From Eledone cirrhosa (Eukaryota): a stretch of DNA of 64,000 nucleotides. The notes beneath the pieces were generated by a model. The model made no database searches. It worked only from the letters and a program-made list of their open reading frames with translations, and was not told the origin of the DNA. The number at the start of each line of letters is the position of its first letter. Positions within the stretch are counted from its first letter, which is position 1. The stretch lies in assembly GCA_964016885.1 (NCBI GenBank), contig OZ024749.1:14012001-14076000 (forward strand). The letters are read 5' to 3'. Shown in pieces: positions 41,905-57,104 of the stretch. Position numbers and translations under genes: made by a program.

Positions 41905-42800
41905 AGAGTACTTATATTTCATCGACCCCCTTGGCAGGATTTGAGCTCAGAATATTGAGGGCTGTAACTATATGCCACAAAGCATTTTGTCCGATACTTT
42001 ATCGACACTCCCATGGTTCCTAAATTTGGGCACAAGGCCAGCAATGTTGGCCTGAAGCGAAAGTTGATTATATCGACTCCAGTACATGACTGGTACTTTA
42101 TTTGATCAACCTTGTAAGGACGAAAGATGAAGTTGACCTCAGTGGGATTTTAACTCACCATAGATAGGGCCAGCAATTTTGGGGGAAGGGAAACATTGAT
42201 TATATCGACTCCATTAGGTTACTGTTACTTTATTTTATCAGCCTTCGAAGGATGAAAGGTAAAGTTGACCTACGTGGGATTAGAACTCAGAAGCATTTTG
42301 TCTGATGTTCTATCGAGACTGCTATGGTTCCTAATTTGGGCACAAAACCAGTAATTGGTCCTGAAGAGAAAGTCAGTTATATTGACACCAGTATGTGGCT
42401 GGTACTTTATTTTATCAACCTTGAAAGGATGAAATGTAAAGCTTCTTCTTTTTCACCCACTTATTCCAGAAAGGGTTGTGGTGGGCAGAGTCCTCAAACA
42501 CTCCTTCCAGCGGGTCCTGTCAGAAGCAACCGTCTCCAACTGATCTGGTTGGATCCTCGAGCAAAACCATCCAAGCTCATGGATGTTATCCAACCATCTT
42601 GCTTGGGGTTTATCTCTGGGTCTCCTGCCAATTTGTTTTGCCCGTAAAATCTGTCCAGTGATTATTTCCTGAGACATTCTAACCACATGTCCATAGTATG
42701 TAGTTAGAATGTAAAGCTGCACTCTGAAAATAAAGACCCAGAATAAATGCTACTAGGCATTTATCTGATGCTCTACCGAGTCTGCCAAACCAATGCCTTA
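41905..42800 (-). mobile_element. Cluster of old SINE-A-related copies with an inserted RTE 3' fragment (~42445-42715)
   Basis: Repeated TGGTACTTTATTT..GGATGAAAG; ORF YYGHVVRM...GRRPRDKPQARWLDNI. Confidence 0.7.
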
Positions 42801-43127
42801 CATTTATTATTAATAATCATGTTATGTTGGACTTTAGTCAGTTATGGCAACAGGTCTTTCAAACTGAACAGTTTGCTGATTAACTTAACATGCCAGTAGC
42901 TGAGATTTCCACAGATATGCATAGCTATCATAAATGTAGTTCTCAGGGAGATTCAGCATGAGACTGTGTGTGACAAAGCTGGTCCTTTGAATCACAAATA
43001 CAACTCAGCTAAGACTGGGGTCTCTATCATTAAAACACCTGAGAATCCTCCTATCAGATGCACCCTTGTAGAAGGCCACCTAAACCTGCATTAGTGAGAA
43101 CAGTGAATTTCATTTTTTTTTTCATTC

Positions 43128-43167
<40 letters not shown>

Positions 43168-43294
43168 TGTGTGTGTGTGTTCTTGTGAGCATATGTGTGT
43201 GTGGTGTATGTGTCTGAAACCAGTAATAAATAAAATATTATTTCTTGATTTCCTGATTCAGCAGAAATCTTTTTTTAAAGCGATTCTTTTGTAA

Positions 43295-43680
43295 ATTCAA
43301 ATGTTTATAGTATCTTTACTAGTGGACAGATTATTGTAAAAATTTGTAGTATTAGAGTAAAGACTTTACTTTTTAATCTGATGCCGTCTTAGTGCTGTTT
43401 TGTATTTTTCGACATGTTTTTGCAGCATGGGCTTTACTACTTACCTCGGTGACAGGGTTTTCTTTTTAATGTGATGCAGTTATAGTGTTATTTTATACTT
43501 TTCAACAATGTCTTACTTATGTAGTTTCTAGTGGTTTGTTAATTCAAATGTTTATAGTATCTTTACTAATGGACAGATCATTGTGAACATTTGTTGTATT
43601 AGAGTAAAGACATTAATATTTAATGTGATGCAGTCATAGTGCTGTTTTGTATTTTTAAACAATGTCTTGCTAATGCGGTT
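43295..43680 (+). repeat. Unclassified dispersed repeat with internal repeats
   Basis: AATTCAAATGTTTATAGTATCTTTACTAATG..AATGTGATGCAGTCATAG shared with 7530-7735. Confidence 0.6.
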
Positions 43681-43719
43681 TCATCAGAACCCTTTCATGC
43701 TCGTATTTCTAATAAAATA

Positions 43720-43917
43720 TGAGGGCAGCTAACAAGTTCATAGGCTGACTATGAAGGAGTGATGCTAGAGCTGTGAAATCTTGCATGCATTTTATTTCAA
43801 CTCTTCTTATTAATAACTGCATTGTTTCTTTCCAGGGACTATGTTGAAAAATAAACCTCATTTGATCATTCCATGGGAGTATCTTGGTCAGCCTATGAAT
43901 TTTTCAGCTGATCCTTC
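43720..43917. mobile_element. Mariner-type MITE nested in MITE-B
   Basis: TA flanks; imperfect ~30-bp TIR ..AGTTCATAGGCTGAC / GTCAGCCTATGAA.. Confidence 0.72.
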
Positions 43918-44499
43918 TACAGTACATTTCAATTAATTACTGAGAATTTTAAGGGATTTACTAAAATCAATATAATTTACTAAAATAGTAACTTAACGCA
44001 CGTTTTTATATATAATTCAATTGGAAGATTTTAATATGAATATGAACCCTTTAAAATGGGTGGGATTTTTTCATAGAACCAGGGCTGGTTCGGGGGCAGC
44101 TTGGTATCAAGTCGATAAAATATAAAGCACCAGTAATGCACTGGGGTCGATTTAATCGACTTTTCCCCTCCCCCAAAATTGCTGGCCTTGTGCCTGTAGT
44201 AGAAATCATCATTATTATTTTGTTGTTGTTGTTGTTTCAGCTATCTCTCCTGATCAGGATTCTGACTATCCAGTCAGGTATGGTGCTACTACACCGCCAC
44301 GTGTGGAGATACCAATTGGTTTTCAAGGGCTAACAGGTGAGCATAACTATGTTTGATAAAAGAGGGTACCCACCTATTTTTAGGCAGTCAGCCTTGAATT
44401 AATTATTAAACAAAATTATCGCTTGGGACCTCAACTTAACAGTGTTCCCCTTGGCTTTTTGTTTTTCCTGTGGATTGAATCTTAATCTTTTCATAGTCT

Positions 44500-47400
44500 T
44501 TAACCCTTTAGCATTTACATTACTCTATATATACTATTGTATTTTCATGGTAAAGGCTTTACCTCACATAGCATTTACATTACTCTATATATACTATTGT
44601 ATTTTCATGGTAAAGGCTTTACCTCACATAGCATTCACATTACTCTATATATACTATATTTTCATGGTAAAGGCTTTACCTCACATAGCATTCACATTAC
44701 TCTATATATACTATATTTTCATGGTAAAGGCTTTACCTCACATAGCATTCACATTACTCTATATATACTATTGTATTTCCATGGTAAAGGCTTTACCTCA
44801 CATAGCATTCACATTACTCTATATATACTATTGTATTTTCATGGTAAAGGCTTTACCTCACATAGCATTCACATTACTCTATATATACTATTGTATTTCC
44901 ATGGTAAAGGCTTTACCTCACATAGCATTCACATTACTCTATATATACTATTGTATTTCCATGGTTAACGCTTTACCTCACATAGCATTTACATTACTCT
45001 ATATATACTATTGTATTTTCATGGTAAAGGCTTTACCTCACATAGCATTCACATTACTCTATATATACTATTGTATTTCCATGGTAAAGGCTTTACCTCA
45101 CATAGCATTTACATTACTCTATATATACTATTGTATTTTCATGGTAAAGGCTTTACCTCACATAGCATTCACATTACTCTATATATACTATTGTATTTTC
45201 ATGGTAAAGGCTTTACCTCACATAGCATTTACATTACTCTATATATACTATTGTATTTTCATGGTAAAGGCTTTACCTCACATAGCATTCACATTACTCT
45301 ATATATACTATTGTATTTCCATGGTAAAGGCTTTACCTCACATAGCATTCACATTACTCTATATATACTATTGTATTTCCATGGTAAAGGCTTTACCTCA
45401 CATAACATTTACATTACTCTATATATAATATTGTATTTTCATGGAAAAGGCTTTACCTTACATAACATTTACATTACTCTATATATACTATTGTATTTTC
45501 ATGGTAAAGGCTTTACCTCACATAACATTTACATTACTCTATATATACTATTGTATTTTCAGGGAAAAGGCTTTACCTAACACAACATTTACATTACTCT
45601 ATATATACTATTGTATTTTCATGGTAAAGGCTTTACCTCACATAACATTTACATTACTCTATATATACTATTGTATTTTCATGGAAAAGGCTTTACCTCA
45701 CATAACATTTACATTACTCTATATATACTATTGTATTTTCATGGTAAAGGCTTTACCTCACATAACATTTACATTGCTCTATATATACTATTGTATTTTC
45801 ATGGAAAAGGCTATACCTCACATAACATTTACATTACTCTATATATACTATTGTATTTTCATGGTAAAGGCTTTACCTCACATAACATTTACATTGCTCT
45901 ATATATACTATTGTATTTTCATGGTAAAGGCTTTACCTCACATAACATTCACATTACTCTATATATACTATTGTATTTCCATGGAAAAGGCTTTACCTCA
46001 CATAACATTTACATTACTCTATAAATACTATTGTATTTCCATGGTAAAGGCTTTACCTCACATAACATTCACATTACTCTATATATACTATTGTATTTTC
46101 ATGGTAAAGGCTTTACCTCACATAACATTTACATTACTCTATATATACTATTATATTTTCATGGTTAACGCTTTACCTCACATAACATTTACATTACTCT
46201 ATATATACTATTATATTTTCATGGTAAAGGCTTTACCTCACATAACATTTACATTACTCTATATATACTATTGTATTTCCATGGTAAAGGCTTTACCTCA
46301 CATTAGATTTACATTACTCTATATATACTATTGTATTTTCATGGTAAAGGCTTTACCTCACATAACATTTACATTGCTCTATATATACTATTGTATTTTC
46401 ATGGTAAAGGCTTTACCTCACATAACATTTACATTGCTCTATATATACTATTGTATTTTCATGGTAAAGGCTTTACCTCACATAACATTCACATTACTCT
46501 ATATATACTATTGTATTTTCATGAAAAAGGCTTTACCTCACATAACATTTACATTACTCTATATATACTATTGTATTTTCATGGTAAAGGCTTTACCTCA
46601 CATAACATTTACATTACTCTATATATACTATTGTATTTTCATGGAAAAGGCTTTACCTTACATAACATTTACATTACTCTATATATACTATTGTATTTTC
46701 ATGGTAAAGGCTTTACCTCACATAACATTCACATTACTCTATATATACTATTGTATTTTCATGGTAAAGGCTTTACCTCACATAAGATTTACATTACTCT
46801 ATATATACTGTTGTATTATCATGGTTAACGCTTTATCTCACATAATATTTACATTACTCTATATATACTATTGTATTTTCATGGTAAAGGCTTTACCTCA
46901 CATAACATTCACATTACTCTATATATACTATTGTATTTTCATGGTTAAGGCTTTACCTCACATAACATTTACATTACTCTATAAATACTATTGTATTTTC
47001 ATGGTTAAGGCTTTACCTCACATAACATTTACATTACTCTATAAATACTATTGTATTTCCATGGTAAAGGCTTTACCTCACATAACATTCACATTACTCT
47101 ATATATACTATTGTATTTTCATGGTAAAGGCTTTACCTCACATAACATTTAAATTACTCTATATATACTATTGTATTTCCATGGTAAAGGCTTTACCTCA
47201 CATAACATTTACATTACTCTATATATACTATTGTATTTTCATGGAAAAGGCTTTACCTCACATAACATTTACATTACTCTATAAATACTATTGCATTTCC
47301 ATGGTAAAGGCTTTACCTCACATAACATTCACATTACTCTATATATACTATTGTATTTTCATGGTAAAGGCTTTACCTCACATAACATTCACATTACTCT

Positions 47401-50400
47401 ATATATACTATTGTATTTCCATGGTAAAGGCTTTACCTCACATAACATTTACATTACTCTATATATACTATTGTATTTTCATGGAAAAGGCATTACCTCA
47501 CATAACATTTACATTACTCTATATATACTATTGTATTTCCATGGTAAAGGCTTTACCTCACATAACATTCACATTACTCTATATATACTATTGTATTTTC
47601 ATGGTAAAGGCTTTACCTCACATAACATTCACATTACTCTATATATACTATTGTATTTCCATGGTAAAGGCTTTACCTCACATAACATTTACGTTACTCT
47701 ATATATACTATTGTATTTTCATGGAAAAGGCTTTACCTCACATAACATTTACATTACTCTATATATACTATTGTATTTCCATGGTAAAGGCTTTACCTCA
47801 CATAACATTGACATTACTCTATATATACTATTGTATTTTCATGGTAAAGGCTTTACCTCACATAACATTCACATTACTCTATATATACTATTGTATTTTC
47901 ATGGAAAAGGCTTTACCTCACATAACATTCACATTACTCTATATATACTATTGTATTTTCATGGTAAAGGCTTTACCTCACATAACATTCACATTACTCT
48001 ATATATACTATTGTATTTCCATGGTAAAGGCTTTACCTCACATAACATCTACATTACTCTATATATACTATTGTATTTCCATGGTAAAGGCTTTACCTCA
48101 CATAACATTCACATTACTCTATATATACTATTGTATTTTCATGGTAAAGGCTTTACCTCACATAACATTCACATTACTCTATATATACTATTGTATTTCC
48201 ATGGTAAAGGCTTTACCTCACATAACATTTACATTACTCTATATATACTATTGTATTTTCATGGAAAAGGCTTTACCTCACATAACATTTACATTACTCT
48301 ATATATACTATTGTATTTCCATGGTAAAGGCTTTACCTCACATAACATTTACATTACTCTATATATAATATTGTATTTTCATGGAAAAGGCTTTACCTTA
48401 CATAACATTTACATTACTCTATATATACTATTGTATTTTCATGGTAAAGGCTTTACCTCACATAACATTTACATTACTCTATATATACTATTGTATTTTC
48501 AGGGAAAAGGCTTTACCTAACACAACATTTACATTACTCTATATATACTATTGTATTTTCATGGTAAAGGCTTTACCTCACATAACATTTACATTACTCT
48601 ATATATACTATTGTATTTTCATGGAAAAGGCTTTACCTCACATAACATTTACATTACTCTATATATACTATTGTATTTTCATGGTAAAGGCTTTACCTCA
48701 CATAACATTTACATTGCTCTATATATACTATTGTATTTTCATGGAAAAGGCTATACCTCACATAACATTTACATTACTCTATATATACTATTGTATTTTC
48801 ATGGTAAAGGCTTTACCTCACATAACATTTACATTACTCTATATATACTATTGTATTTTCATGGAAAAGGCTTTACCTCACATAACATTTACATTACTCT
48901 ATATATACTATTGTATTTTCATGGTAAAGGCTTTACCTCACATAACATTTACATTGCTCTATATATACTATTGTATTTTCATGGAAAAGGCTTTACCTCA
49001 CATAACATTTACATTACTCTATATATACTATTGTATTTTCATGGTAAAGGCTTTACCTCACATAACATTTACATTACTCTATATATACTATTGTATTTTC
49101 ATGGAAAAGGCTTTACCTCACATAACATTTACATTACTCTATATATACTATTGTATTTTCATGGTAAAGGCTTTACCTCACATAACATTTACATTACTCT
49201 ATATATACTATTGTATTTTCATGGAAAAGGCTTTACCTCACATAACATTTACATTACTCTATATATACTATTGTATTTTCATGGTAAAGGCTTTACCTCA
49301 CATAACATTTACATTGCTCTATATATACTATTGTATTTTCATGGTAAAGGCTTTACCTCACATAACATTCACATTACTCTATATATACTATTGTATTTTC
49401 ATGGAAAAGGCTTTACCTCACATAACATTTACATTACTCTATATATACTATTGTATTTTCATGGTAAAGGCTTTACCTCACATAACATTTACATTACTCT
49501 ATATATACTATTGTATTTTCATGGAAAAGGCTTTACCTCGCATAACATTTACATTACTCTATATATACTATTGTATTTTCATGGTAAAGGCTTTACCTCA
49601 CATAACATTCACATTACTCTATATATACTATTGTATTTTCATGGTAAAGGCTTTACCTCACATAACATTTACATTACTCTATATATACTATTGTATTTTC
49701 ATGGTTAACGCTTTATCTCACATAATATTTACATTACTCTATATATACTATTGTATTTTCATGGTAAAGGCTTTACCTCACATAACATTCACATTACTCT
49801 ATATATACTATTGTATTTTCATGGTTAAGGCTTTATCTCACATAACATTTACATTACTCTATAAATACTATTGTATTTTCATGGTTAAGGCTTTACCTCA
49901 CATAACATTTACATTACTCTATATATACTATTGTATTTTCATGGTAAAGGCTTTATCTCACATAACATTTACATTACTCTATATATACTATTGTATTTTC
50001 ATGGTTAACGCTTTACCTCACATAACATTTACATTACTCTATATATACTATTATATTTTCATGGTTAACGCTTTACCTCACATAACATTTACATTACTCT
50101 ATATATACTATTGTATTTTCATGGTAAAGGCTTTACCTCACATAACATTTACATTGCTCTATATATACTATTGTATTTTCATGGTAAAGGCTTTACCTCA
50201 CATAACATTCACATTACTCTATATATACTATTGTATTTTCATGGTAAAGGCTTTACCTCACATAACATTCACATTACTCTATATATACTATTGTATTTTC
50301 ATGGTAAAGGCTTTACCTCACATAACATTTAGATTACTCTATATATACTATTGTATTTTCATGGTAAAGGCTTTACCTCGCATAACATTCACATTACTCT

Positions 50401-51729
50401 ATATATACTATTGTATTTTCATAGTAAAGGCTTTACCTCACATAACATTCACATTACTCTATATATACTATTGTATTTTCATGGTTAACGCTTTATCTCA
50501 CATAATATTTACATTACTCTATATATACTATTGTATTTTCATGGTTAACGCTTTACCTCGCATAACATTTACATTACTCTATATATACTATTGTATTTTC
50601 ATGGTAAAGGCTTTACCTCACATAACATTTACATTACTCTATATATACTATTGTATTTTCATGGTAAAGGCTTTACCTCACATAACATTCACATTACTCT
50701 ATATATACTATTGTATTTTCATGGTAAAGGCTTTACCTCACATAACATTCACATTACTCTATATATACTATTGTATTTTCATGGTAAAGGCTTTACCTCA
50801 CATAACATTCACATTACTCTATATATACTATTGTATTTTCATGGTTAACACTTTATCTCACATAACATTCACATTACTCTATATATACTATTGTATTTTC
50901 ATGGTAAAGGCTTTACCTAACATAACATTTACATTACTCTATATATACTATTGTATTTTCATGGTTAACGCTTTACCTCACATAACATTCACATTACTCT
51001 ATATATACTATTGTATTTTCATGGTTAACGCTTTACCTCACATAACATTTACATTACTCTATATATACTATTGTATGTTCATGGTAAAGGCTTTACCTCA
51101 CATAACATTTACATTACTCTATATATACTATTGTATTTTCATGGTAAAGGCTTTATCTCACATAACATTTACATTTCTCAATATATACTATTGTATTTTC
51201 ATGGTAAAGGCTTTACCTCACATAACATTTACATTACTCTATATATACTATTGTATTTTCATGGTAAAGGCTTTACCTCACATAATATTTACATTACTCT
51301 ATATATACTATTGTATTTTCATGGGAAAGGCTTTACCTCACATAACATTCACATTACTCTATATATACTATTGTATTTTCATGGTAAAGGCTTTACCTCA
51401 CATAATATTTACATTACTCTATATATACTATTGTATTTTCATGGTTAACGCTTTACCTCACATAACATTTACATTACTCTATATATACTATTGTATTTTC
51501 ATGGTAAAGGCTTTACCTCACATAACATTTACATTACTCTATATATACTATTGTATTTTCATGGTAAACGCTTTATCTCACATAATATTGTATCTACGAG
51601 ATTTTGATATTATTTATTTTGAGAACAATACCTAAACATCAGTATGAGTTGCCGGTTATGGCCAGTTTGAATAGAAAGAGGTGAAAGAATTCTGGCCAGA
51701 TACAGCTGGTCTAAATGCTAAAGGGTTAA
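44500..51729 (+). mobile_element. MITE family A expanded to 7.2 kb by an internal satellite
   Basis: Perfect ends TTAACCCTTTAGCATTTA ... TAAATGCTAAAGGGTTAA. Confidence 0.88.
44510..51586 (+). repeat. 60-bp satellite, ~118 copies
   Basis: Unit CATTTACATTACTCTATATATACTATTGTATTTTCATGGTAAAGGCTTTACCTCACATAA. Confidence 0.98.
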
Positions 51730-51811
51730 AGGTCTTAATCTGGTTGCATAGGCAAGGAATTGGTAGTGGTTAGAGGGATGGGGTGTTGAATTACAACCAA
51801 CTTCATTTGGT

Positions 51812-52190
51812 CTGACATCGTTGGATGTGCAATGTAAATGTGATAGAAAGGCAGAGCTTGGATGAACTGAGGGAAAAAGAGGGTTTAAGAGGAATCTGAG
51901 GTGGTGTGCAGGAGAGAAGACTGCGTTGGTATGGACATGTGATGCATATGGACGATGATCACAGGGTGAAGAAGTGCCAGAAAATCTCAGTGGAAGGAAG
52001 CTGCAGTCGAGGAAAACCAAGGAAGACCTGGGTGAAGGTGATGAGAGCTGATCTGAAATTACTGGGGCTCACAGAGGAGAAGCAATGCAGAAAGAGATGC
52101 TGTACTGAAAAGGACCCGTCCAACCCATGCACGCATGGAAAAACAGACGTAAAAATGATTATGATGATTATGATGATGATGATGATGATT
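51812..52190 (+). mobile_element. RTE LINE 3' fragment
   Basis: QERRLRWYGHVMHM...RGKPRKTW, tail CCCATGCACGCATGGAAAAACAGACG(GAT)n. Confidence 0.85.
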
Positions 52191-52221
52191 CATAAATTAC
52201 ATACACCCATACACACGCTTA

Positions 52222-53140
52222 TCATCATCATCATCATCATCATACATCTATTTTTCCATGTTAGCAAGAGTTGGATGGGTCTTTTTCAGCAGAGTATCTC
52301 TCCGCTCCCCATGTTCCTTTATCATTTCCTCTTTGATATTTGAGATCAGCTCTCACCTCCTCCATTCAGTTTTTCCTTGGTCTTCCTCTTCTGCAGCTTC
52401 CTTTCCACTGGCATCTCCTGGCACTTCTTCATCCAGCATTCATCGCATGTCCTTACCAGCTCAGTCCTTTCTCTTGCAAATTACATCTAATTCCTTTTTT
52501 ATACCCAGTTTTTCTCTCATCTACTCTTGGGTCTCAAATACTCCCCCCATACACACTTATTAAATTTCCACATTTTTCCACCCCTGCCCACCTGCTTATT
52601 AAATTTTGCTAATCTATCTACAGCAAAATATTTTCTTTCATCATCATCATCATCATCATCCTCGTTTAACGTCCACTTTCCATGCTAGCATGGGTTAGAC
52701 TTTATACATTAAAAAACATACACGACAAAAAACGTTCATTACTAGAAATCCCTTATGTTATAAAATAAATAGCATGGGTTGGGGTCTCTATGTAAACTAA
52801 ACCACTAATTCTGTTTTTTTTTTTAAATTAATTGAGGAAACAGAAACCCCACCCACTTATACCACCCACCCCTATTATTTGGGACCCAAGAGTATCTCCT
52901 ATTGTCCACACACACTGACATTACACATCCAACAAAAGGAACATGCTTCCTTTCATTCTAGCCTCCACATACACCAGGTATTTATAGCCCATATTTCACC
53001 TCTATACAGCATTACACACCTGATTCAGGTATCACAGAATCTACCCTTCCCTCTCCCATGGGAAAACCCCTTCATTATCAACAGAGGTAGTAGCTCCCTA
53101 AACATTTTCCAACTTGTTCTTATTCTAGCAATCTCTTCCA
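52222..53140 (-). mobile_element. Degenerate RTE fragments (52222-52530, 52905-53140) and a tail-only insertion (~52640-52700)
   Basis: Colinear nucleotide similarity to 23567-24286. Confidence 0.65.
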
Positions 53141-53194
53141 TTGTAAATTCGGTCAACTAACTTAGCAGAAACTGTCAACTATGGTAACTTCCTG

Positions 53195-53311
<117 letters not shown>

Positions 53312-53378
53312 CAAGTGAATAAATGGAGTCGCCAGTTGTTATAACAAATTATTTATACAATTCTTACATATATCCTAT

Positions 53379-53421
<43 letters not shown>

Positions 53422-53619
53422 CATATATGTATGCATATATTTATTTATGTATGTATATATATATACGTGTATGTATGAATATGCATGTGTGTATATATAT
53501 ATATTACACACCCATTTAATACAAAGGTTTTTCTAAACACTTGTTCTGTTTTTTTCCGATAACAATATATATATATACACACACACATACATACATACAT
53601 ACTTGCATGTGTAAATCTC

Positions 53620-53655
<36 letters not shown>

Positions 53656-53656
53656 C

Positions 53657-53688
<32 letters not shown>

Positions 53689-54428
53689 ACACTCTCTCTC
53701 TCTCACACACACAGAAATTCTTTTCCTATTTAATTACTATTGTTGTTTATGGTTTATCTCTTCTCCTGCTGTCCTTCCCCCTCTCTCTTTCTCTTTCTCT
53801 CGTTCCCTCTCTCTTTCTCTCTCTCTCTCTTTCCCTTTCTCTCTCTCTCTCTCGCTTCTCTCTCTCTCTCTCTCTCCTACACTCTTCTTTCTCTTTCCTA
53901 CTCTCTCTCCTACTCTCCTCTTTCTCTCTTTCCTACTTTCTCTTTCTCTCTCTCAACCCATTCAACAGGGTGTATGTATGTATGTATGTATGTATGTATG
54001 TGTATGTGTTAACTCAGTGTTGATGTTGCTCTTTGACTGATTAAAAAAACAGACAGACAGAGAGAGAGAGAGAGATCAATAGATAGAGAGAGGGGGAGAG
54101 TAGAAAGTTGTAGTTTATATGACAGAGTAATGTCTTCAACACAATTAAGCTGTCACTTCACCCAGTAACATATAGCTATGATTAAATTCCTTATGTCACA
54201 TATATAGCTATGATTAAACTTATAATGTCACATATATAGCTATGATTAAACTTACAATGTCACATATAAAGCTATGATTAAATTCCCCCTGTCACATAAA
54301 AGGTAAAGGGTAAAGAACCTCTTTGGTCACAAATGTCCATGTCTTTTGCACGAAGAAGAGTCATTTTAGCTACAGTCGTACATGTCTTGCAGATGTCTTT
54401 ATCCAAGACTGTGGTGTGTTTAAAGAAA

Positions 54429-55098
54429 TTTTTGTCATGACACCTACATGACCTGTTTACAGTGTGGACTGGGTGCTTTTTGTTGTGACACCTACATGAC
54501 CACTTTACAGTGTGGACTGGGTGCTTTTTGTTGTGACACCTACATGACCACTTTACAGTGTGGACCGGGTGCTTTTTGTCATGACACCTACATGACCACT
54601 TTACAATGTGGACTGGGTGCTTTTTGTTGTGACACCTACATGACCACTTTACAGTGTGGACTGGGTGCTTTTTGTCATGACACCTACATGACCACTTTAC
54701 AATGTGGACTGGGTGCTTTTTGTTGTGACACCTACATGACCACTTTACAGTGTGGACTGGATGCTTTTTGTCATGACACCTAGATGACCACTTTACAGTG
54801 TGGACTAGGTGCTTTTTGTCGTGACACCTACATGACCAGTTTACAGTGTGGGCTAGGTGCTTTTTGCATGACACCTACATGACCAGTTTACAGTGTGGGC
54901 TAGGTGCTTTTTGTCATGACACCTACATGACCACTTTACAGTGTGGACTGGGTGCTTTTTGTCGTGACACGTACATGACCAGTTTACAGTGTGGGCTGGG
55001 TGCTTTTGGTCATGACACCTACATGACCAGTTTACAGGGTGGACTAGGTGCTTTTTGTTGTGACACCTACATGACCACTTTACAGTGTGGACTGGGTG
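54429..55098 (-). repeat. 48-bp SINE-B-derived minisatellite, ~14 copies
   Basis: Reverse complement of the 4441-4972 unit. Confidence 0.9.
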
Positions 55099-55256
55099 TT
55101 AAACCCTTATTTACTGCTAAACCAAGGTCTCTGAAATTGAGGGTCTTCTGTATTCACAGAAATCTTTAGTATTTTTTCTTTTACTAGAAACAGCTAGTTG
55201 GCTGTGGCCATGCTGGGGCACTGCTGTCATGAAATAATCAGGGGATAAAATGAATA

Positions 55257-55489
55257 TCTATATATCTAAAACAGAGAATGTCTGTTTGTCTCCCTAAAAC
55301 TCGAGAACCACCCAACCGATTTTTTTCAAACTTTACACATATAATACTTATGGTCATGTATTTTGCCCTAGGGACCGCATTAGGTGCCGGTTAGCGATCT
55401 CTCTCTTTCTTAGTCTGTCTTTTTAGATAGATACATAGCTATAACGTCGCGCCCTTATAATATCTGTCTGTATGTCTGGCTCTCTCTTA

Positions 55490-55529
<40 letters not shown>

Positions 55530-55984
55530 TATATTCGTGTACAGATATTTTTGCATACACAAAAACAAAATATAAACAAACGTATTTATTTCACAAAAGC
55601 ACAGACGGTTTATCGTCATTGTTACTGCCGATATGCCACCCAAAAAGTCCCACTACTTTTGGCACAAGGCCAGCAATTACATAGTCAACGGTTCGGAAAT
55701 CACATGCATCACTGACAAGTTTACTCCTTACTCTACCAGTTAGTCTTAGTGTACTTCATCCTGCTTTTAGGTCATGCCTCGAAGGAAGAGATACTCCATT
55801 GGCCGAAATACTGCGAAAGCAGCAAGAAAAAGAACAAGGCAGGCAAACGAATTATCAGTGGAATCTGCTATTCGACGGTCGCAAGGCCAAGGTATTCTGT
55901 ACTTCTCTGTACTGTTTCAGAAAGGAGGGATAAAAATGCCAATCTATGTTTTGAATCCAGAGCAGCGCTAGGCCATTCTGCTAG
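55257..55984 (+). mobile_element. Non-autonomous Helitron with a residual ORF start
   Basis: A|TCTATATATCTAAAA 5' end; degenerate hairpin CCAGAGCAGCGCTAGG then CTAG|T; MPRRKRYSIGRNTAKAARKR resembles RepHel N-termini. Confidence 0.7.
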
Positions 55985-56464
55985 TAATAAATAAAAAGTT
56001 GACAACCAAAATAGAAAAATGAATTATACTTTAGTTTTATAGATAAATGATGTATCTTCCCCCTCTGTCTCTCTCTTTCTCCCTTTCTTTTTCTTCCTCT
56101 CTCTCCCTCTTTCTCTTCCTCTCTTCCTCTGTCTCTCCCACCATCACTCCCTCCCCTTCTCTCTTACATTATGTGGTTCAATAGCCAATACTATTGGAAC
56201 AATATTGCTAGTTAATCAGTTAAGCATTGATTATTTATATATGTATTATCCTATAGCTGCCATTTTGGAGGACAGCACAATTTAAGCAGGTAGAAAATGA
56301 TGTTTCTTTTATTTGCTACTTAATGTCAGTGTGCTACTGGTATCATGTTGATATTATTTATTGAAGCAACTATTTTAAGTTGTGTGATATCGATAATGGA
56401 AGAAAGCGAGAAGGATGAAGGAAGAAGGACGTGGTGGTGGTGGTGTTAACAATATATCACCTCA

Positions 56465-56910
56465 GCTAGTGAGATATCTTGTTACATGATATTTAATGGA
56501 TATAAAGGAGGGAGATATCACTAATAACCCAATATTTTCACTGGCAAAAGTGAGGTATTTGCACTGGCCATGGGGAGATATCATTAATAATGAGATATTA
56601 CTGGATATTACACTGGTTATAAGGGAGGGCGATTTCGCTTCTAACCAGATATTTAATTGAGATATAGCCAATAAGATATTTCAGTGGGGAGATATCTTTA
56701 ATAACAAAATATAATTGGATATTTCACTGGTTATAAGGAGATATCACTAGAAACCAGATATCTTATTGGTACAAATAAGATATAGCCAATTAGATATTGC
56801 TATGGTTGTGTGGAGATATCATTAATAACGAGATATAACTGGATATTTTATGGGTTATAGAGAGATATAGCCTATAGGATATTGCCCTGGCTGTGGGGAG
56901 ATATCGTTAA
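56465..56910. repeat. Degenerate low-copy tandem repeat (~115-120 bp period)
   Basis: Recurring GGAGATATCATTAATAA..GGATATT..CTGGTTATAAGG. Confidence 0.55.
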
Positions 56911-57104
56911 TCTATTTAAGAATAACCGTAAAGCCTCTTAGTTCATCTGTCTCACACAAATGCTAAGATCTGTCAAAAACGTTCTAAAGCATTTTTTGCC
57001 AACGATTTTCTCTCCCTCTATATATATATATATATATTTATACCGACCTCACACACTTACACCTCTCCAAGACAATATCACTGGACCGAGATCTTTGGTG
57101 CTAC

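Noticed and set aside
44442-51635. ~1000-aa hydrophobic repeat ORFs (MVKALPHITFTLLYIYYCIF)
   Set aside because: In-frame 60-bp satellite derived from a non-coding MITE
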